A stretch of 64,000 bases of DNA from Candidatus Omnitrophota bacterium. Its GTDB lineage: Bacteria > Omnitrophota > Gorgyraeia > 2-01-FULL-45-10. Position 1 is the stretch's first letter; every line of letters begins with the position of its first letter. This document shows positions 57,934 to 64,000 of this stretch, piece by piece. The notes below the pieces were generated by a model. The model was not told where the DNA came from, searched no databases, and saw only the letters and a program-made list of their open reading frames with translations. The position numbers and the translations under genes are program-made. Location of the stretch: contig JAPLME010000008.1 in the NCBI GenBank assembly GCA_026387175.1, positions 13,091-77,090 on the forward strand, read 5' to 3'.

Positions 57934-58860
57934 ATGAAGATAAAGGATGTTGGCGAGATAAAGCTGATCGAGCGAATCTCTAAAGGGATAAAGCTGGACG
58001 CCTCGGTGATAAAGGGTATCGGCGACGATACTGCCGTTATGGCCTGGCCCGGCCAGGCTACGGTGGCGGGCAAGTATCTGCTCTACACTTGTGACATGCT
58101 TGTCGAAGATGTCCATTTTACGCGCCAGCGGACTACGCCTTTTCAGATAGGATGGAAAGCCATGGCCCGAAACCTGAGCGACATAGCGGCGATGGGAGGT
58201 GTGGGGCGGTACGCGGTCGTTTCGATTGGCGTGGATCCCGGGAAGGGCCTCTCTTTTGTCGATGAGGTTTATAAAGGCATCAAAGCCGTTTGCAGTAAAT
58301 TTAAAGTCAATATCGTCGGCGGAGACATGTCAAGGTCCAAAAAGACAATTATAGATATATCGCTTATCGGAGAAGTTGAGAAACGGAAACTTGTGACGCG
58401 CTCGGGAGCGAAAAAGGGAGACCTTATTCTAGTTACAGGGTCTTTTGGCGGTTCCATAAAACGTAAGCATCTGAATTTTACTCCGAGGATAGATGAGGCG
58501 AGACAACTTGTGAATAATTTCAGGGTCAACTCGATGATCGATGTGACGGATGGCCTTGTTCTGGACCTCTCCCGAATACTCAAAGCAAGCCGCATGGGCG
58601 CCAGGATACACCAAAGCCTGATCCCGGTATCTGAAGATGCCGAGTCTTTTGAGAGCGCGATCACCGATGGGGAGGATTTCGAGCTTCTATTCACGATGGG
58701 CGCCAATGAAGCCCGGCGTTTCTTTAAGACGGGCTTCGCGAAGATGAAGACGCCGGTCACTCTTATAGGCGAGATTACCGGTAAAAGAGACGGTTTTACG
58801 CTGGTCACAGATGATGCTAAGGAGAAGAATATAAAACCGATAGGATATCTGCATTTTTAG
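57934..58860 (+). CDS. thiL: Thiamine-monophosphate kinase
   Basis: AIR-synthase-related fold (GEIKLIERI...GIGDDTAV...VGGDMS). Confidence 0.8.
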   Translation: MKIKDVGEIKLIERISKGIKLDASVIKGIGDDTAVMAWPGQATVAGKYLLYTCDMLVEDVHFTRQRTTPFQIGWKAMARNLSDIAAMGGVGRYAVVSIGVDPGKGLSFVDEVYKGIKAVCSKFKVNIVGGDMSRSKKTIIDISLIGEVEKRKLVTRSGAKKGDLILVTGSFGGSIKRKHLNFTPRIDEARQLVNNFRVNSMIDVTDGLVLDLSRILKASRMGARIHQSLIPVSEDAESFESAITDGEDFELLFTMGANEARRFFKTGFAKMKTPVTLIGEITGKRDGFTLVTDDAKEKNIKPIGYLHF

Positions 58861-59280
58861 ATGTTATTAATATCAAAAAGCGTTGAAGAGACGATCAAAA
58901 CGGGAGAGCGCCTCGCCCGAAAATTAAAGCCGGGCGACGTTGTTGCTCTCATAGGCAACCTTGGCGCCGGTAAGACGGTCCTGACTAAAGGTATTGCTAA
59001 AGGCCTTGGCGTAAAAGACGTCCGCTATGTTAATAGTCCGACGTTCGTCACAATAAAGGAGTATAAGGGAAAGATACCTCTGTATCACTTCGATATTTAT
59101 AGGCTGAATAATGCGAATGTTCTGGATTCCGAAAGCTATGAAGAATATTTTTACGGTGACGGAGTGACTGTGATAGAATGGGCCGATAAGATCCGCGGTA
59201 TCCTGCCGAAAAAATATATTGAAGTGAAATTATCCGTGGCGGGCGAAGGCAAGAGAAGAATTGAGATAAAGACGAGATGA
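58861..59280 (+). CDS. tsaE: tRNA threonylcarbamoyladenosine biosynthesis protein TsaE
   Basis: P-loop LIGNLGAGKT plus the TsaE C-terminal pattern (YHFDIYRL). Confidence 0.8.
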   Translation: MLLISKSVEETIKTGERLARKLKPGDVVALIGNLGAGKTVLTKGIAKGLGVKDVRYVNSPTFVTIKEYKGKIPLYHFDIYRLNNANVLDSESYEEYFYGDGVTVIEWADKIRGILPKKYIEVKLSVAGEGKRRIEIKTR

Positions 59281-59945
59281 AGCTTTTAGCTATAGACACA
59301 TCCACTGATTATTTAAGCCTCGCCGTGATGCGTGATGATAGGGCTCTTGCGCGCATACACAGGAAAGTCCCCAGAAGCCATTCAAGCCTCTTGATGCCGA
59401 CGATTGACAGTATCCTTAAGAGATCAAAAACCGCTATCAAGGATCTGGACGGATTCTGTTTAAGTATCGGCCCCGGATCATTTACAGGACTGCGCATAGG
59501 AGCGGTGACTGTTAAGGGCCTGGCGTTTGTAACGAAGAAACCGATCGTCGCGGTGCCGACGCTTGACGCGATTGCCATCAATGGGAAGAGGTTTTGTGGT
59601 ATAATATGTCCGGTGCTTGATGCGAGAAAGAATAAGGTCTACGCCGCGATCTACAAGTCTGATGGTAGTAATGTAAAGAGAATCTCGGCCTTTCTTCTGG
59701 TTAAGACAGCCGATTTATTGAAGAGGCTGGAAAGATACGATGACGTGCTATTTTTAGGGGATTTTGCCGAAAGGATCGTAGGCCTCTTACCAGGCGCTAA
59801 GATAGCGGCGAAATCCTGGCAGCCGAGGCCCGAGGTTGTCGGAGCGTTAGGCGCGGACTATTTTAAGAAGGGAAAATTTATCAAAGTCGAAGATCTGGAA
59901 CCTCTCTATATTTATTCGAGAGAGTGCGATATAACCGGCAAATGA
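59277..59945 (+). CDS. tsaB: tRNA threonylcarbamoyladenosine biosynthesis protein TsaB
   Basis: LAIDTSTDYLSLAV is the inactive Kae1/TsaD-homologue N-terminus. Confidence 0.8.
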   Translation: MKLLAIDTSTDYLSLAVMRDDRALARIHRKVPRSHSSLLMPTIDSILKRSKTAIKDLDGFCLSIGPGSFTGLRIGAVTVKGLAFVTKKPIVAVPTLDAIAINGKRFCGIICPVLDARKNKVYAAIYKSDGSNVKRISAFLLVKTADLLKRLERYDDVLFLGDFAERIVGLLPGAKIAAKSWQPRPEVVGALGADYFKKGKFIKVEDLEPLYIYSRECDITGK

Positions 59946-61096
59946 GAGATTTAGCTGTAAGAACAAAAAACGGTGTTACTCATACCCACCATCGCCCTAC
60001 CTGGGCGGAGATAGACCTGAAAGCTATCGAATACAACTATAGGCAGGTCCGTAAGCTGGTCGGCAAGGGTGTCAATATAATGGCCGTTGTAAAGGCCAAT
60101 GCATACGGACATGGCACGGTCGAGGTCTCTAATGCGCTTGAGCACGTCGGAGTCGACTATCTTGGCGTTGCGACAACAGATGAGGCTGTGCGTTTAAGGG
60201 ATTACGGCATAAAGAGCCCTATTCTCGTTCTGGGTTCGGTCCTTCCTCCCGAAGTCGGTGTTGCCGTTGAAAAAGATATTACTCTCACACTTTGCGATGA
60301 GGAGCTCTTCGGCGCCATAAGAAAAGAGTCGAAGAATGGCGGCAGGTTGAAGGTCCACATTAAGATCGACACCGGTATGGGCCGCGTCGGAGTCTGGCAT
60401 GAAGACGCCCTTGACTTTGTAAAGAAAGTCTCTTCGGAAAAAGACGTGATCTTAGAAGGGATCTATACGCACTTTTCGAGCGCGGGGCGCGACGATTTCT
60501 TTACCGCTTACCAGATAGAGGCATTCGAGAAGCTGCTCTCGTCTGTCGAGAAGAATTGGATAAAGATACCTCTCAGGCACGCCGCGAATTCCATAGCGAC
60601 CGTCGATTTTCGCAGAGCTTACCTTAATCTCGTCCGACCCGGGCTTGTCATATACGGGATGTATCCGAAGCATACGTTTCCCAAGATAATAAAGCTGAAA
60701 CCCGCGCTGGAGCTTAAGACAAAAGTGGTATTTATAAAGGACACCCCTCCGGGCCGTTCTATCAGTTATGGCCGCACATTCATCACGCAGAAGCACACGA
60801 GGATCGCAACCCTTCCGATAGGCTACGCTGATGGTTACGGCAGAAAACTCTCCAATAAGGGCGAGGTCTTGATAAGGGGCCATAGAGCCCGCGTGGTTGG
60901 CAAGATCACGATGGACCAGACCATGATCGATGTCGGGCACATAAACGGAGTAAGGGTGGGTGATGAGGTTGTGCTAATAGGCAAGCAGGGCAAAGAGGAG
61001 ATAAGAGCCGAAAACCTTGCCCGCACAGCCGAATCGATAGCCTACGAAGTCGTTTGCGGCATATCAAACCGTGTTCCCCGCGTATATAAGCGCTAA
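59942..61096 (+). CDS. alr: Alanine racemase
   Basis: PLP-lysine motif AVVKANAYGHG and the C-terminal beta-domain. Confidence 0.85.
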   Translation: MRDLAVRTKNGVTHTHHRPTWAEIDLKAIEYNYRQVRKLVGKGVNIMAVVKANAYGHGTVEVSNALEHVGVDYLGVATTDEAVRLRDYGIKSPILVLGSVLPPEVGVAVEKDITLTLCDEELFGAIRKESKNGGRLKVHIKIDTGMGRVGVWHEDALDFVKKVSSEKDVILEGIYTHFSSAGRDDFFTAYQIEAFEKLLSSVEKNWIKIPLRHAANSIATVDFRRAYLNLVRPGLVIYGMYPKHTFPKIIKLKPALELKTKVVFIKDTPPGRSISYGRTFITQKHTRIATLPIGYADGYGRKLSNKGEVLIRGHRARVVGKITMDQTMIDVGHINGVRVGDEVVLIGKQGKEEIRAENLARTAESIAYEVVCGISNRVPRVYKR

Positions 61097-61129
61097 AAAC
61101 CCCCGCAAATAGCCCTATTTTTTAATCAT

Positions 61130-61159
61130 TTGACAATATATGAGCTAATATTATATAAT
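61130..61159 (+). promoter_or_regulatory. Sigma70-like promoter TTGACA-N18-TATAAT upstream of ilvD-ilvB.
   Basis: Read from the sequence. A second TTGACA lies at 61178. GGAGG SD lies 4 nt before the ATG at 61195. Confidence 0.45.
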
Positions 61160-61194
61160 CTAAGCTCTATTTAATTATTGACATGGGAGGATCT

Positions 61195-62850
61195 ATGCGT
61201 AGCGATAAGATTAAAAAAGGTATCGAAAGGGCAGGCGCCAGGAGTCTTTTATATGCCACAGGCATATCCAAGGAGGATATGGCCAAGCCCTTTATAGGCG
61301 TTGTCACTTCCAGGACCGATCTGATCCCGGGTCATATTCATATGCCCAGATTGGAGCGTTTCATTGAGCGCGGCATAGCTGCCGGAGGCGGTGTTCCATT
61401 CTTCTTTGGCGTTCCGGGAATATGCGATGGCATAGCGATGGGACATGGCGGTATGCGGTATTCCCTTGCCTCGCGCGAGCTGATAGCCGACATGATAGAA
61501 TGTGTAATGAAGGCCCATTGCCTGGACGGGCTCGTCTGCCTGACTAACTGCGATAAAATTACGCCGGGTATGTTAATGGCAATAGGGCGGCTCAATGTGC
61601 CGGCTATAGTCGTAACTGCAGGGCCCATGATGAGCGGCAACCTGAAAGGCAGAAGGCTGTCGCTGGTCAAAGATACGTTCGAAGCTGTGGGAAGATGTAA
61701 GAAGGGCGATATCTCACAGGATGAGCTTGCTACCCTAGAAATGTGCGCATGTCCCGGGGCAGGTGCCTGCCAGGGGCTCTACACGGCCAATTCGATGGCA
61801 TGCGTGACCGAGGCACTCGGCATGAGCGTTCCGGGGTGCGCTACGGCGCTTGCGGTATCGGCGAAGAAGGATAGGGCCGCTCAGGAGTCGGGCGAGAAGA
61901 TCGTGAATCTGGTGAGGCGCAATGTCCTGCCCAGAACGATCTGTCGCCGCGAGGCGTTCGAGAACGCCATAAAGGTCGACATGGCGCTCGGTGGCTCCAC
62001 AAATACGGTTTTACACGTGATTGCGGTTGCGAAGGAGTTCGGAGTGGAGATCCCTCTCGACATGTTCGACAAGATCTCCAGGTCGACGCCGCATATCACG
62101 AACATATTGCCCGGCGGCGAGCATTTTATGGAAGATCTGGAATCAGCCGGCGGCATTCCGGCCGTCATGAAGCGCATGAAGAATCAATTGAACGATGTGA
62201 TGACGGTTAGCGGCAAGCTGATAAGCCAGATCGCTAACGAGGCGCAGATACTCGATGAGGACGTGATACGCGACTACAAGACGGCTTATCACAGCGAGGG
62301 AGGTATAGCGGTATTAAAAGGCAACCTGGCCCCCGAAGGCGCCGTTATAAAGCAGACTGCGGTTTCTGAGGCGATGATGAAGTTCAAGGGCCGCGCCCGT
62401 GTATTCGATTCGGAAGAGGCCGCCATGCAGGCTATAATGGCCGGCAAGATAAAGAAGGGCGATTGCGTCGTTATCCGTTACGAGGGTCCGAAGGGCGGAC
62501 CCGGGATGAGGGAGATGCTCTCTCCGACGGCGGCCATTGTCGGCATGGGACTGGCAGATGACGTCGCGCTTATTACGGACGGCAGGTTCTCGGGCGGGAC
62601 ACAAGGGCCGTGCATAGGTCATCTATCGCCTGAGGCGGAAGTCGGAGGCCCGATCGCCATCGTTCAGGAAGGCGATGAGATAATTATAGATATTCCGGCC
62701 AGAAAGATAGAATTAAATATTAGTGCTTCGGAAATAAAGGCGCGTCTCGCGAAATGGAAAGCTCCGGAGCCGAAAGAGAGCGAAGGATACCTGGCGCGTT
62801 ACCGTAAGGCGGTCGGTTCCGCGTCCGAAGGAGCGGTGCTGAAGGCATGA
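61195..62850 (+). CDS. ilvD: Dihydroxy-acid dehydratase
   Basis: IlvD/EDD family motifs ([11 protein letters not shown], Fe-S Cys ligands, SGGTQGP). Confidence 0.9.
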   Translation: MRSDKIKKGIERAGARSLLYATGISKEDMAKPFIGVVTSRTDLIPGHIHMPRLERFIERGIAAGGGVPFFFGVPGICDGIAMGHGGMRYSLASRELIADMIECVMKAHCLDGLVCLTNCDKITPGMLMAIGRLNVPAIVVTAGPMMSGNLKGRRLSLVKDTFEAVGRCKKGDISQDELATLEMCACPGAGACQGLYTANSMACVTEALGMSVPGCATALAVSAKKDRAAQESGEKIVNLVRRNVLPRTICRREAFENAIKVDMALGGSTNTVLHVIAVAKEFGVEIPLDMFDKISRSTPHITNILPGGEHFMEDLESAGGIPAVMKRMKNQLNDVMTVSGKLISQIANEAQILDEDVIRDYKTAYHSEGGIAVLKGNLAPEGAVIKQTAVSEAMMKFKGRARVFDSEEAAMQAIMAGKIKKGDCVVIRYEGPKGGPGMREMLSPTAAIVGMGLADDVALITDGRFSGGTQGPCIGHLSPEAEVGGPIAIVQEGDEIIIDIPARKIELNISASEIKARLAKWKAPEPKESEGYLARYRKAVGSASEGAVLKA

Positions 62851-64000
62851 AGATGACAGGCGCGCAGATTCTAATAGAGTGTCTTAAGAAAGAGAAAGTC
62901 GAAGTGTTGTTCGGCTATCCCGGCGGACAGGTATTGCCGATATTCGACAAATTATACGACGCTCCGATAAAATTTATTCTCGTCCGGCATGAACAGGCCG
63001 CTGCCCACGCCGCGGACGGCTATGCCCGCGCGACGGGTAAGACAGGCGTCTGCATCGCGACCTCGGGGCCCGGCGCGACTAACCTGGTCACGGGCATCGC
63101 GACAGCCTATATGGATTCGATACCGATGGTGGCCATTACCGGACAGGTCAAATCATTTCTGATAGGTAATGACGCTTTTCAGGAGGCCGACATTACGGGA
63201 ATAACCAGGCCCATTACAAAACATAATTACCTGGTCGAGGACATTAAGGACCTGGCGCGTATAATGAAAGAGGCGTTCCATATAGCTTCGACGGGCCGTC
63301 CCGGGCCTGTGCTTGTCGATATACCGTCCGACATACAGATGCAGGAGGCTGAATTCGAGTATCCGGAAAAGGTTTCGATACGCGGTTACAATCCGACTTA
63401 TGCCGGCCATCCCGGACAGATTAAGAGGGCCGCTAAAGCCATCTCGGATTCGAAGAAGCCTATACTTTATGTCGGCGGAGGAGCTATAATATCCGACGCT
63501 TCAAAAGAGGTTACGGATCTTGCGATAAATAACGAGATACCTGTTACGATGACCCTTCTCGGGCTGGGGGCGTTTCCGATCACTCATGAGCTGTCGCTGG
63601 GCATGCTAGGTATGCATGGCACCGCGTACGCAAATCATGCGATAATGGACTCTGACCTGATAGTGGCTGTGGGCGCCAGGTTTGATGACAGGGTGACAGG
63701 GAAGCTCGATGCGTTCGCGCCGCATGCAAAGGTTATTCATATCGATATCGACCCGGCCAGCGTCTCGAAGAACGTTGATGTCGATATCCCGATAGTCGGC
63801 GACGCGAAGACGATCCTGCGGGAATTGAATAAGCATGTGAAGAAGCCGGATACGCAAGAATGGGTAAAGACGATCGCGGAATGGAAGAAGAAGTATCCTT
63901 TGAAATATAAAGAGGACGACGCCTTAAGGCCTCAGTACATATTGGAACAGATATTTGAGGCGACGAACGGCAATGCCATAATTTGTACGGAAGTTGGCCA
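62847..64000 (+). CDS. ilvB: Acetolactate synthase large subunit, N-terminal part. It runs off the window end.
   Basis: The ATG overlaps the ilvD stop (ATGA). The ThDP-enzyme N-terminus is present ([12 protein letters not shown]...[14 protein letters not shown]). There is no stop codon before position 64000. Confidence 0.85.
   Translation, partial: MKMTGAQILIECLKKEKVEVLFGYPGGQVLPIFDKLYDAPIKFILVRHEQAAAHAADGYARATGKTGVCIATSGPGATNLVTGIATAYMDSIPMVAITGQVKSFLIGNDAFQEADITGITRPITKHNYLVEDIKDLARIMKEAFHIASTGRPGPVLVDIPSDIQMQEAEFEYPEKVSIRGYNPTYAGHPGQIKRAAKAISDSKKPILYVGGGAIISDASKEVTDLAINNEIPVTMTLLGLGAFPITHELSLGMLGMHGTAYANHAIMDSDLIVAVGARFDDRVTGKLDAFAPHAKVIHIDIDPASVSKNVDVDIPIVGDAKTILRELNKHVKKPDTQEWVKTIAEWKKKYPLKYKEDDALRPQYILEQIFEATNGNAIICTEVG

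Noticed and set aside
58269-58808. 179-aa antisense ORF inside thiL.
   Set aside because: It overlaps the well-supported thiL frame and has no motifs.

Overview
This window is a mostly plus-strand bacterial chromosomal segment of moderate GC content. It is dense with housekeeping genes: holA (partial), rpsT, murJ, a UvrC-like gene, an MGMT-like gene, prfB with its programmed +1 frameshift, secA, lnt, comM, yraN, spoVG, an ECF sigma/anti-sigma pair, a very large PAS/GAF-GGDEF-HD-GYP signalling protein, lysS, lolCD, ilvE, mcsA-mcsB-clpC, mlaEFD, yacL, ispDF, cysE, cysS, tmk, holB, a PSP1 protein, metG, mtnA, thiL, tsaEB, alr, ilvD and the 5' end of ilvB. The Lol, Lnt and Mla genes indicate a diderm organism. 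Two visibly AT-richer islands interrupt this backbone and each carries a giant single ORF. (1) 9601-14028 encodes a 1475-aa protein with an N-terminal signal anchor, about 800 aa of unrecognisable sequence, an apparently intact malic-enzyme catalytic domain and about 255 aa of unknown C-terminus. It is followed by a GT-C-type multi-pass glycosyltransferase. (2) 44548-52836 encodes a 2762-aa multi-enzyme fusion: signal anchor, two radical-SAM cores, a ChaN/Tiki-like region, a DUF89/ARMT1-like phosphatase-like region and a PRK/uridine-kinase-type P-loop kinase. It is followed by a TatD-radical-SAM fusion whose rSAM half looks paralogous to the giant protein's second rSAM core, then a CPBP intramembrane protease, a DUF362 Fe-S protein and a lipoprotein. 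The second island is the best candidate for an undescribed biochemical system. Other observations are a duplicated, internally palindromic intergenic element flanking the anti-sigma gene, several clean sigma70-like promoters and hairpins, a UvrC lacking the C-terminal (HhH)2 domain that overlaps a minimal MGMT-like ORF, and a clpC operon with mcsAB but no ctsR. No rRNA, tRNA, CRISPR or transposase was seen.
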